Shown one piece after another: positions 39,101-47,802 of a stretch of DNA of 64,000 bases. This DNA is from Candidatus Magasanikiibacteriota bacterium (GTDB lineage: Bacteria; Patescibacteriota; Patescibacteriia; Magasanikbacterales; GWA2-37-8), in assembly GCA_023246715.1 (NCBI GenBank), contig JAHFHZ010000001.1:48571-112570 (forward strand), in the 5' to 3' direction. A program made the position numbers and the translations under genes. The notes beneath the pieces are model-generated. The model worked only from the letters and a program-made list of their open reading frames with translations, was not told the origin of the DNA and ran no database searches. Positions within the stretch are counted from its first letter, which is position 1; each line of letters starts with the position of its first letter.

Positions 39101-40579
39101 ATGCTTTTTAATTCACTTCAATTTTTGATTTTTTTCCCGGTTGTGACCGTGCTGTATTTTGCATTACAGCATCGATTTCGCTGGATTTTATTATTATTGT
39201 CGAGCTGCTATTTTTACATGGCGTTTGTTCCCAAGTATATCTTGATCCTGTTTGCGGTTATTTTGATTGATTACTTCATGGGGTTGGCGATCGCGCGGGA
39301 ATCTAATCTGCAGAGAAAAAAGGCCTTTCTATTGATCAGCATTGTGGCCAACATAGGCATTTTGTTTGTTTTTAAATATTTTAATTTTTTTAACGCCAAC
39401 TTTACTGCCCTGGCCGAAATGATTGGCTGGAATTATCCCATCAAACATTTAGCGCTTATTTTGCCCATTGGCTTGTCTTTCCATACTTTTCAGAGCCTGA
39501 GCTATATCATTGAAGTGTACCGCGGCAATTACCCGGCCGAGCGCCGTTTAGGCATTTATGGCCTGTACGTCTTATTTTTTCCGCAACTAGTGGCCGGCCC
39601 GATTGAGCGTCCACAGCATATTTTGCCCCAGCTGCATATTGAACAACGGTTTGATTTTACGCGTGTTGCTTCTGGGTTGCGCCTCATGCTGTGGGGTTTG
39701 TTCAAGAAAATTGTCATCGCCGATAATTTAGCGGTGGTTGTATCCCAGGTGTATGATTATCCGTCACAGTTTGCGGGAGCCCATTTTATCGTAGCTACCG
39801 TCGCTTTTTCCATTCAGCTTTTTTGTGATTTTTCGGGGTACTCGGATATTGCCATCGGCAGCGCGCGTGTTCTGGGTATTCGTTTAATGCAGAATTTTAA
39901 CCGACCATATAGCGCGCCATCAATTACGGAATTTTGGAAGCGCTGGCATATTTCACTTACCAGCTGGTTTCGTGATTATGTCTATTTGCCGCTCGCGCGT
40001 TTCAAAGTAACTCCAATTTGGCTATATGCCGCGACGATTATTGTTTTTACCCTGAGTGGTTTATGGCATGGCGCTAACTGGACTTTTGTTGTTTGGGGGC
40101 TCTACCACGGAATCTATATGACTGTTTCTTTGGCTACGCGGAGGATTAGGGCGCGGATAGTTAAACTACTTCATCTTAATGCTTGGCCCCGATTACACCG
40201 AGCAATTCGAGTAGCCACAACTTTTTCGTTGGTCAGTATCTCGTTCATTTTTTTTCGAGCAACATCATTGTCCGATGCGTGGTATATGGTATCTCATTTG
40301 AGCGAAGGGTTAATGGCAACCTTTGGCTCATTGTTCAACCCGCTTAATCTTTCGGGTTTTATTGAATCCCTTGGCATTAGTCCTTTTACTTTTTTACAAG
40401 TACTGATTGCCGTGGCGCTGCTTACGACCGTTTATACTTTGAAAGCCAAGACAACAGCGTTTTTACGTTTTGATGCTGCTCCACCCTGGGTGCGTTGGAG
40501 TGTTTATAACGCGTTGATTATGTGGATTATATTTTTTGGTTACTTTGGCGAGCAACCGTTTATTTATTTTCAGTTCTAG
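39101..40579 (+). CDS. MBOAT O-acyltransferase (AlgI/DltB/PatA family)
   Basis: MLFNS, LPIGLSFHTFQ, FFPQLVAGPIER, DFSGYSDIA, FWKRWHISL, SGLWHGANW and a C-terminal FIYFQF. Confidence 0.95.
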   Translation: MLFNSLQFLIFFPVVTVLYFALQHRFRWILLLLSSCYFYMAFVPKYILILFAVILIDYFMGLAIARESNLQRKKAFLLISIVANIGILFVFKYFNFFNANFTALAEMIGWNYPIKHLALILPIGLSFHTFQSLSYIIEVYRGNYPAERRLGIYGLYVLFFPQLVAGPIERPQHILPQLHIEQRFDFTRVASGLRLMLWGLFKKIVIADNLAVVVSQVYDYPSQFAGAHFIVATVAFSIQLFCDFSGYSDIAIGSARVLGIRLMQNFNRPYSAPSITEFWKRWHISLTSWFRDYVYLPLARFKVTPIWLYAATIIVFTLSGLWHGANWTFVVWGLYHGIYMTVSLATRRIRARIVKLLHLNAWPRLHRAIRVATTFSLVSISFIFFRATSLSDAWYMVSHLSEGLMATFGSLFNPLNLSGFIESLGISPFTFLQVLIAVALLTTVYTLKAKTTAFLRFDAAPPWVRWSVYNALIMWIIFFGYFGEQPFIYFQF

Positions 40580-40581
40580 CT

Positions 40582-41784
40582 ATGCCCAGCTGGAAAACAA
40601 TCCGTAGCGCGGTTGGCCAACTATGGCTGGTTTTTTTGGCCGGACTTTTATGTTTAGGGGTGGTAGAGGGGGCGCTCCGGCTTAAGAGTCGATGGGGGGA
40701 ACAGCGTGGTTACCGGGTAACCCAGCCAAATGGTTTGGTCACGCTTGAGCCAGCTTTGGATACCCTTATTCGCGGCAGTACCGGCGAGTTGATTCATTTT
40801 AAAACTAATCACGAAGGGTTCGCGAGCGAAAATCACGCGGTGGTGGCTGCCACGGGCACTAAACGAATTGCTTTTTTAGGTAATTCTTTTACTCAGGGAA
40901 CAGATGTTGATTACGAGAAAAAAATGACGACGCTTATTCAGCGTTTATATCCCAAAACCAGTGACGGCCAAAAAGTTGAAATAATGAATTTTGCCATTGG
41001 CGGCTATAGCATCGTTGAACAAATGGTGCTTTACAATGAATATGTACGCAAATATCGCCCAGCGGCCGTGATTCTAGTATCTTATGTGGGCTATGATTTT
41101 TCAACTAACCTTCGTTTTTTACCTGAACAAAAAATCATCCTGGAAGGCGATATTCAGGCCCTCACGGCTGCAACGGTGAAACAAGCCACGGATGCTTTTA
41201 CCAAACAACAGCAAACACTCAAGAATCGACTGGTCGCGACATTCGAGGTGGTGCGGTTTTTGATCCGACTGACTCAGGAAAACCAAACGCTTAACACGGC
41301 CGCGGTTAACCTCGGGTTGCTTAAGCAACCATTTAGCGAGCAGGCTGCGAACTATTTGACTGACATTTGGGCTTATTTTAATCCTAATTCCGCGCCACAC
41401 CGCGAAGTAATGGAATTTACGGCCGCGACGATTAAGCGTTTGCAAAGCCAGATAACCAGAGACGGGGCTTCTTTTGGTCTGGTGCTTATTCCAAGTTATT
41501 GGCAGGTTAACGAAAAATATATTGCACAGCTTAAGGCAAAGCACATCCCTTTGCAGCTCGACTTGCCGAACACTACCCTTAAAAAACAACTCAATAACGC
41601 ATTGCCAATTTTAGATTTATCCACGCCGATTTATCGAGCATTGAACACGGAGCGTACCCCCATTTTTATTAAAGATATAGGCCATTTCACCGAGCAGGGC
41701 AATAGCTTGGCAGCGGAACAAATCGTTGAATTTTTGAAAGCCAATGAGTTTCAATTGCGGCTGAAACGCCCGGGCAAAAATTGA
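40582..41784 (+). CDS. SGNH/AlgJ-like extracytoplasmic acyltransferase with an N-terminal membrane anchor
   Basis: TM helix plus EGALR, RIAFLGNSFT (GDS-like), NFAIGGY and DIGHFT (DxxH); follows the MBOAT gene. Confidence 0.78.
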   Translation: MPSWKTIRSAVGQLWLVFLAGLLCLGVVEGALRLKSRWGEQRGYRVTQPNGLVTLEPALDTLIRGSTGELIHFKTNHEGFASENHAVVAATGTKRIAFLGNSFTQGTDVDYEKKMTTLIQRLYPKTSDGQKVEIMNFAIGGYSIVEQMVLYNEYVRKYRPAAVILVSYVGYDFSTNLRFLPEQKIILEGDIQALTAATVKQATDAFTKQQQTLKNRLVATFEVVRFLIRLTQENQTLNTAAVNLGLLKQPFSEQAANYLTDIWAYFNPNSAPHREVMEFTAATIKRLQSQITRDGASFGLVLIPSYWQVNEKYIAQLKAKHIPLQLDLPNTTLKKQLNNALPILDLSTPIYRALNTERTPIFIKDIGHFTEQGNSLAAEQIVEFLKANEFQLRLKRPGKN

Positions 41785-41809
41785 CTTTCTGCCTTGTGAC
41801 AGGTATATA
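41781..41809 (+). promoter_or_regulatory. Putative sigma70 promoter
   Basis: TTGACT (41781-41786), 17-nt spacer, TATATA (41804-41809). Confidence 0.4.
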
Positions 41810-41833
41810 TCAGTACACAGCTAAACTATTTTT

Positions 41834-43360
41834 ATGAAAGCCTGCATTTTTCTGCAAGGACAATATAGCAAACTCGGCCATGCTCTAGCGCGGGTTTTAA
41901 AAGAACAGCATGGCGTGACGGAATTTTGCGCCTATGTCTATTCATTGGGGGCTGCGGAATTCGTTCGCCAGGGCCAGTCGGACATTGCTTATAATCCGAT
42001 TTTAGTTGACCATGAGCTCCACGAACGTTTTCGGGCTGAGCAGATTGATTTACAATTCCTTGAACGTTTCGAGCATGAGTATGGCACGCCGCATTTATGG
42101 AAGTATTTATATGCGGATCGAAAATTGCTTATGTCAATTGGGCCTAAGGAAGAAACAACCGCCGTAATTGATCCGTTGTATGAACACGATGATTTACTGC
42201 GTATTTTTCAGAGTCGCGCGCGAGCGATTGAAGAAATGTTGCTTAAAGAACGACCAGATTTTGTTTTTTTCTTTGCTATTGGTGCAATTGGCAACATGCT
42301 GGTATATCATGTGGCTAAAAAATTAGGTATTCGTATTTTTACGATTGATTTTCCGCGGATCGGGAATTGGATTTCACTTTCTTCGGATTACAATACGCTC
42401 ACGGGGATTGAAGAGGGATTCAAATCTATCCGCGCTGGCCGTGATAACGAGCCAGTCCGGCAGAACGTGCGAAAATTCCTGACGGAGTTTCGCGCCACCG
42501 GTAATTTGAATTTAGAATATATTAAAATTGCCCAGCAGCTTAACCCGATGAAAGCGCCGTCATTTTTACATCCTAAACGGTTGCTCCGCACCTTTAAATA
42601 CTTGATCACCCTCACCAGAAATTGGTTAAAGAATCGCCAGCTGTTTGTGTATGGTGAAACCCATCTGAACCCTTTGCGTTTTGTTTGGTATAACAGCATT
42701 CGTAAATTCCGCCGTGCCCGAGGATTGGATGACTTGTATACGCAGCCGGTAGCTGGCGAAGAATATGCTTTTTTCCCGTTGCATTATGAGCCGGAGCTAT
42801 CAATTTTAGTGCTTTCGCCATTTTATTTTGATCAGCTTAACCTGATTCGGATAATTGCCCGGTCGTTGCCGGTACACATGAAGCTGTATGTGAAGGAACA
42901 CCCCTCGATGATTTTCCGTCGTTCGCGTAAGTATTACAAAGACTTGCTCAAAATTCCAAATGTTCGCCTGGTGCCGCACACTATTAAAAGTTTTGAGTTA
43001 ATTAAAAATTCTAAGTTGGTAACGGTAATTTCGAGTAGTGCTGGATGGGAGGCGTGTTTGCTTAAGAAGCCGCTCATTAGTTTTGGCGAAGTCTTCTATA
43101 ACGCTTTGCCCTTTGTGCGGCGTTCACGTACGCCGGATGATTTGCCAGAGTTAATTAAGGATCGTTTGGAGCATTTTGATTACGATGAGAAGACGTTGGA
43201 AGATTTTTTGGTCGCCACGTTTGAGGAGTCTTTTCCGTTTGATTACGCTGGATTATGGTATCAGAATGACATTGCAGCTTTGATGAAAGACGCGGGGGTA
43301 CAGGCCATTGCTCAGCGCGTCATGAAGCGCGTGAAAAGTTTAAACAGCCAGGCGGCTTAA
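41834..43360 (+). CDS. Capsule-biosynthesis (KpsS/LipB-like) protein, candidate CMP-nonulosonate transferase
   Basis: FFPLHYEPE, YVKEHP and VISSSAGWEA.LLKKP are typical of the Capsule_synth-type fold; adjacent to the NulO pathway. Confidence 0.72.
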   Translation: MKACIFLQGQYSKLGHALARVLKEQHGVTEFCAYVYSLGAAEFVRQGQSDIAYNPILVDHELHERFRAEQIDLQFLERFEHEYGTPHLWKYLYADRKLLMSIGPKEETTAVIDPLYEHDDLLRIFQSRARAIEEMLLKERPDFVFFFAIGAIGNMLVYHVAKKLGIRIFTIDFPRIGNWISLSSDYNTLTGIEEGFKSIRAGRDNEPVRQNVRKFLTEFRATGNLNLEYIKIAQQLNPMKAPSFLHPKRLLRTFKYLITLTRNWLKNRQLFVYGETHLNPLRFVWYNSIRKFRRARGLDDLYTQPVAGEEYAFFPLHYEPELSILVLSPFYFDQLNLIRIIARSLPVHMKLYVKEHPSMIFRRSRKYYKDLLKIPNVRLVPHTIKSFELIKNSKLVTVISSSAGWEACLLKKPLISFGEVFYNALPFVRRSRTPDDLPELIKDRLEHFDYDEKTLEDFLVATFEESFPFDYAGLWYQNDIAALMKDAGVQAIAQRVMKRVKSLNSQAA

Positions 43361-44286
43361 CGGCCCGCCAACGAGAATATAATCACTGTGCCACCGGTGC
43401 AAAGCGCGCCGAGCCAGTCCCGGCGGTAAAAATTTTTTCGTTCACCAAACACCAACAATCCGAGCACCACGCCACTCAATACGGTGAGCACGTCGTGCAC
43501 GGAGAGTACGATAACCCCAGGGCCAAGTGAAAGCGCCCAGTAGGTGAGGCCAAGTGTAGTAACGGTAGTGCAGCCGAGGATCGGCAAGATCAGATAAGTA
43601 GTTTTTCTCAGTGGGGAAGCGCCGATAACTTGCGGCGCTTTTTTATTTTGTTTGCTAAACCAGGCGCTGATTAGTCGTATAAGAACAGTCGCGGCAAAAG
43701 CCGCTGGGTACCAGGAGGCAAGAAAAATATCCGTGGGGATTGCTTTGAGAGAAAAAAATTTTAAAAGGAAGTTTACCACTCCCCAAATCACCACGGCGCT
43801 ACCAGCGTAGTATGCCCAGGCACCGTCCGCTTGCGCCTGCCCGGCAGGAGTTGTTTGGGGGCCGGAAGTGGCAAAACAGGTTAATGCCGCAAACGCCATT
43901 ATTATGCCGGCAATGCGGAGCATCCCATTGGCGGTAGTGGGATTAAGCAGGGACCATTCGCCCAGAAAAATTGCGATGAGGACTATGCCTAGGACGGCTA
44001 TTAGGGGGCGTGTTAACACGGAGCGCGTTAAATTGATCCGAATCGCTTTTAAAAAAAACCAAGCTCCTAGCGCATTTATCCCCGCCACGGAGGCTATTAG
44101 CAGTGAATTTTCCGAAAAAACCATTTCTTTCCGCACAGCCAGGTGATAGCCAACGGCGAGTATCGCGGCGGTGCCGAAGGCGCCGAGCGTGATTGAAACC
44201 GCAGGAAGACGGTTGGCAAGGTATTTTTGTATATACTGATGGGCGGCTTCTACCGTTATCAGTAGCCCAAGAGCTATCCAGAGCAT
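43357..44286 (-). CDS. EamA/DMT-superfamily membrane transporter
   Basis: About 10 TM helices in two repeats ending IFLGE and LVFGE. Confidence 0.75.
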   Translation of the reverse strand: MLWIALGLLITVEAAHQYIQKYLANRLPAVSITLGAFGTAAILAVGYHLAVRKEMVFSENSLLIASVAGINALGAWFFLKAIRINLTRSVLTRPLIAVLGIVLIAIFLGEWSLLNPTTANGMLRIAGIIMAFAALTCFATSGPQTTPAGQAQADGAWAYYAGSAVVIWGVVNFLLKFFSLKAIPTDIFLASWYPAAFAATVLIRLISAWFSKQNKKAPQVIGASPLRKTTYLILPILGCTTVTTLGLTYWALSLGPGVIVLSVHDVLTVLSGVVLGLLVFGERKNFYRRDWLGALCTGGTVIIFSLAGR

Positions 44287-44292
44287 AGGTTA

Positions 44293-44321
44293 TTGTAAAA
44301 ATAACGCCTTTTTGCTATAGT
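44293..44321 (+). promoter_or_regulatory. sigma70 promoter for pseB
   Basis: TTGTAA (44293-44298), 17-nt spacer, TGn-TATAGT (44316-44321). Confidence 0.6.
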
Positions 44322-44382
44322 ATTTACTTACCTAGCAAAAATAGCTACATATTGAAGATATTAGCTTAGTTTAGCAGAATTT

Positions 44383-45369
44383 ATGGCTTTTGAATATCTG
44401 AAGGGAAAATCTATCCTGGTTACTGGTGGTACCGGCTCATTTGGGCAAGCTTTCGTGCGTACTTTGCTGACCCAGACCGAAGCGGCCCGTATCGTCATTT
44501 TTAGTCGCGATGAATTGAAGCAATCCCAGATGGAATCGGCTTTGAGCCAGTATGAGCCAAGACTGCGCTTTTTTATCGGTGACGTGCGCGATTTAGAGCG
44601 GCTCGAGCGTGCTTTTCGTGGTGTTGATTATGTGGTCCACGCCGCGGCTCTCAAGCAGGTGCCTATTTTGGAATACAATCCGTTTGAAGCGGTGAAGACT
44701 AATATTCTTGGCACCCAGAACGTGATCAACGCCGCGATTAATCAAAATGTTAAAAAAGTTGTTTTAGTTTCTACCGACAAAGCGGCGAACCCTGCTAATT
44801 TGTATGGGGCAACTAAATTATGCGCCGAGCGCCTGATGATGAGCGCGAATAGCTTTGCCCCCACTGGCCCCCGATTTGGCATTGTGCGTTATGGAAACGT
44901 GATTGGTAGCCGTGGCAGCATCGTGCAGGTCATTCGTCATCAAAGCCAAAAAGGTGTTGTCACGCTAACGCACGAGGAAATGACCCGTTTTTGGATCACG
45001 CTGGAGCAGGGAATTGAATTGGTTCTGCGAGCCCTGGAAGAAATGCATGGTGGTGAGATTTTTGTTCCCAAAGTCCCGAGCATGAAAGTAAAGGATTTTA
45101 TCCGTGTTTTGGCACCGGACGCGGAAATTAAACTGGTGGGCATTCGGCCGGGCGAAAAATTGCACGAAGTGCTGGTTACCCCCGAAGAAGCCCGTCACAC
45201 CAAAGAAATGGAGACACATTACGTTATTTTACCCGAACACGCCCACTGGCCGCATCATGAACATTATCAAGGAAAGCAAAATGTCGGAGATGATTTCTTT
45301 TTTTCCAGCCACACTAATCCGCAATGGCTTGAAAAAGAATCGCTTGAAGCTATGTTAAAAAATTTGTAA
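44383..45369 (+). CDS. pseB: UDP-N-acetylglucosamine 4,6-dehydratase (inverting)
   Basis: TGGTGSFG, FSRDELKQ, HAAALKQVP..EYNPFE, STDKAANP.NLYGATK, RYGNVIGSRGS, MTRFWITL and GIRPGEKLHE. Confidence 0.95.
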   Translation: MAFEYLKGKSILVTGGTGSFGQAFVRTLLTQTEAARIVIFSRDELKQSQMESALSQYEPRLRFFIGDVRDLERLERAFRGVDYVVHAAALKQVPILEYNPFEAVKTNILGTQNVINAAINQNVKKVVLVSTDKAANPANLYGATKLCAERLMMSANSFAPTGPRFGIVRYGNVIGSRGSIVQVIRHQSQKGVVTLTHEEMTRFWITLEQGIELVLRALEEMHGGEIFVPKVPSMKVKDFIRVLAPDAEIKLVGIRPGEKLHEVLVTPEEARHTKEMETHYVILPEHAHWPHHEHYQGKQNVGDDFFFSSHTNPQWLEKESLEAMLKNL

Positions 45370-46313
45370 TGGATACTTCCGCCCACAAACGAATCTTGAT
45401 TACGGGCGCAAGCGGCCTGCTTGGGGCCAATCTCTTGTACTTATTTCCCAAGCAATGGTCGTTGACCGGCCTTGTCCATAATCACCTTCTCCGGAGCAGC
45501 GCGCCGGAGATTGTTTTTTTACCGGTCGATATTACGCAGCCGGATTTTTTGCGTTGGCTACGGCAACAGGGCGCGTTCGACGTGATTATGCACTGCGCCG
45601 CGCTTACGAGTGTTGAAGCGTGCGAGCAAGACCAGGCTCAAGCCGACCGTTTGCATGTTGAAGCGACCCGTCAGTTGGCTCAATTCTCGGCTGAGCAGAA
45701 TGCTCATTTTATTTATATCTCCACAGATCATATTTTTGGGGGTGGTGAGGGGAATTACGCCGAAGATGCCTTGCCGGAACCCCGTAATTATTACGCCCAG
45801 AGCAAGCTCAAAGGCGAACAGGCGGTGCTGGCCGGAGGCGGGCATTCAACGATTATTCGAACTAATTTTTTTGGTTTTAATTTTCAACCTAAACATGATA
45901 TTGCGGGCTGGATGATGGAGGCGCTGAACAAGCGCCAACCCCGTACTCTTTTTACAGACGTTTTTTTTTCGCCTATATTGGTCAATTTTTTGGCGGAAGC
46001 AATTTCCGCGGTTATTGAAAAAGGTATTTATGGAATCATTAATATCGCCGGTAGTGATGGTTGTTCTAAATACGACTTTGGAATCAAATTGACCAAAGCG
46101 TTTAATTTGGACAATTCTGTCTTTGCGCCTGGCCTGGTTGATGAAGCCGAACAGCTTGTTGCTCGGCCAAAGAATATGACGCTTAATACCAGTCGAGCAA
46201 GCCAGGTTTTGGAGTACACGCTTCCGACAGTTGACGTTTCGATTGCGCGATATAAAGCTCTAGCCGATCAGGGCTACCAAGCGAGCTTGCGAGAGGCCTT
46301 TAGCGCAGGCTGA
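45369..46313 (+). CDS. RmlD-like NDP-4-keto-6-deoxysugar reductase
   Basis: ITGASGLLG, HCAALTSVEACE, YISTD, YAQSK, IIRT and RPKN. Confidence 0.85.
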   Translation: MDTSAHKRILITGASGLLGANLLYLFPKQWSLTGLVHNHLLRSSAPEIVFLPVDITQPDFLRWLRQQGAFDVIMHCAALTSVEACEQDQAQADRLHVEATRQLAQFSAEQNAHFIYISTDHIFGGGEGNYAEDALPEPRNYYAQSKLKGEQAVLAGGGHSTIIRTNFFGFNFQPKHDIAGWMMEALNKRQPRTLFTDVFFSPILVNFLAEAISAVIEKGIYGIINIAGSDGCSKYDFGIKLTKAFNLDNSVFAPGLVDEAEQLVARPKNMTLNTSRASQVLEYTLPTVDVSIARYKALADQGYQASLREAFSAG

Positions 46314-46318
46314 TTTTA

Positions 46319-46348
46319 TTGACAAAATCCTAAAAAATAGGCTAAAAT
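46319..46348 (+). promoter_or_regulatory. sigma70 promoter for the formyltransferase operon
   Basis: TTGACA (46319-46324), 18-nt spacer, TAAAAT (46343-46348). Confidence 0.6.
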
Positions 46349-46376
46349 AAGATCGGTTTCTAAGGCTGTTTTCTTT

Positions 46377-47075
46377 ATGGTTAAGCAAAATATCGTCGTC
46401 GCGACCATCCGCCCCTGGAACATTGAACGGTTCGCCCGTTGGGTTCCGCCGGAAGGCTATGAAGCCCAGTTGATTTCGGATAAGGGTTCTTTGACACTAT
46501 CGGCACTCACTCAATTGGCGCCACGGTATGTTTTTTTTCCACACTGGTCATGGATTATTCCAACAGAAATTTTGAATAATTTTGAATGCGTGCTGTTTCA
46601 CATGACCAATCTGCCGTTTGGCCGTGGAGGTAGCCCAATGCAGAATCTGATTGAACAAGGGATTTATCAAACCAAAATTTCAGCCATCCGGGTTGCTGAT
46701 GGGTTGGATGAAGGGCCGGTGTACTTGAAGCGCTCTTTGGATTTATCAACCGGTTCGGCTCAGCAACTGTTTGAAAAAATGGCTGATGAAATTTTTGTCA
46801 TGATGACCGAAATTACCACTACTCAACCGCAACCGGTTGAGCAAAGCGGCGAGCCCACTTTTTTTAAACGGCGTACCCCGGAACAAAGCCAAATTACCCC
46901 CGGTCTATCGGGTCGAAAATTGTACGATTTTATCCGTATGCTGGATGCCGAAGGTTACCCGCGAGCTTTCGCACATGTTGGCGACGTTCGTGTTGAATTT
47001 AGTGGCGCCGAGTTGTTGGATAATGAACAGGTGGCAGCCCGAGCGATTTTTAAATCCATTGATCCTATTGTTTAA
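46377..47075 (+). CDS. Sugar N-formyltransferase (Fmt-like)
   Basis: FFPHWSWII, FHMTNLPFGRGGSPMQNLI, LDEGPVY and IRMLDAEGYPRAF. Confidence 0.88.
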   Translation: MVKQNIVVATIRPWNIERFARWVPPEGYEAQLISDKGSLTLSALTQLAPRYVFFPHWSWIIPTEILNNFECVLFHMTNLPFGRGGSPMQNLIEQGIYQTKISAIRVADGLDEGPVYLKRSLDLSTGSAQQLFEKMADEIFVMMTEITTTQPQPVEQSGEPTFFKRRTPEQSQITPGLSGRKLYDFIRMLDAEGYPRAFAHVGDVRVEFSGAELLDNEQVAARAIFKSIDPIV

Positions 47076-47079
47076 TGTT

Positions 47080-47790
47080 ATGACTATTCATCAGCCAAAA
47101 AATATTCTGGTTGTGGCCGCTCACCCCGACGATGAAATTTTGGGTTGCGGGGCGATGATCGCCAAACATATCGCGCAAGGTGACCAAGTAACGGTGCTGA
47201 TTTTAGGCGAGGGAATTTTGGCGCGCAAGGAAATGATCGGGGCAAACTTAGCCGAGGGGCAATGCCAGCTCAATAAGCTTTGGGATGATGCCCGCGAAGT
47301 GCATCGTTTTTTGGGGGTTAAGGAACTCGTACTGCATAATTTTCCAGATCTTAAATTCAGCACGGTACCACACTTAGACATGGTGCACGTGATTGAAGCG
47401 GTGCGGGACCGTTGCCGCCCGTCAATTATTTACACGCACCACCATGGCGACGCTAATATGGATCATCAGACCGTTTCCAACACCATGCAGGCTGTTTGCC
47501 GCGCTTTGCCAGACTCTACTATCGAGGCGGTTTATGCCTTTGAAATTGCTTCCTCGACCGAATGGAATTTTCGTCACGATCGGCAATTCCGCCCGAATGT
47601 TTATTTCGACATTTCGGGGGGCTTTTTAGAAAAAAAATTACAAGCGTTGGAATTGTACCGTTCGGAAATCCGCGATTTCCCACACCCGCGCTCCCGCGGG
47701 TACTTGGAGGCGCTTGCCACAGTACGCGGCGGCCAGGCTGGCTTTATGGAGGCAGAAGCTTTTGAACTTGTTTACCAGAAGCAGAAGTAA
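47080..47790 (+). CDS. PIG-L/LmbE family N-deacetylase
   Basis: VVAAHPDDEILGCG, YTHHHGDANMDH, SSTEW, PHPRS and AEAF. Likely start at ATG 47080, not the 46837 given in the track. Confidence 0.9.
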   Translation: MTIHQPKNILVVAAHPDDEILGCGAMIAKHIAQGDQVTVLILGEGILARKEMIGANLAEGQCQLNKLWDDAREVHRFLGVKELVLHNFPDLKFSTVPHLDMVHVIEAVRDRCRPSIIYTHHHGDANMDHQTVSNTMQAVCRALPDSTIEAVYAFEIASSTEWNFRHDRQFRPNVYFDISGGFLEKKLQALELYRSEIRDFPHPRSRGYLEALATVRGGQAGFMEAEAFELVYQKQK

Positions 47791-47802
47791 TTTTTCTTGC
47801 AT

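Noticed and set aside
46377-47075. Methionyl-tRNA formyltransferase (fmt)
   Set aside because: It is short (232 aa), lacks the usual Fmt N-terminus, has no def neighbour and is paired with a PIG-L deacetylase in a sugar operon.
46837-47079. N-terminal extensions in the ORF track (also from 16788, 20982, 28072, 32292, 40522 and 57361)
   Set aside because: They overlap upstream genes or promoters. Family-typical N-termini begin at downstream ATGs, so these are not fusions.
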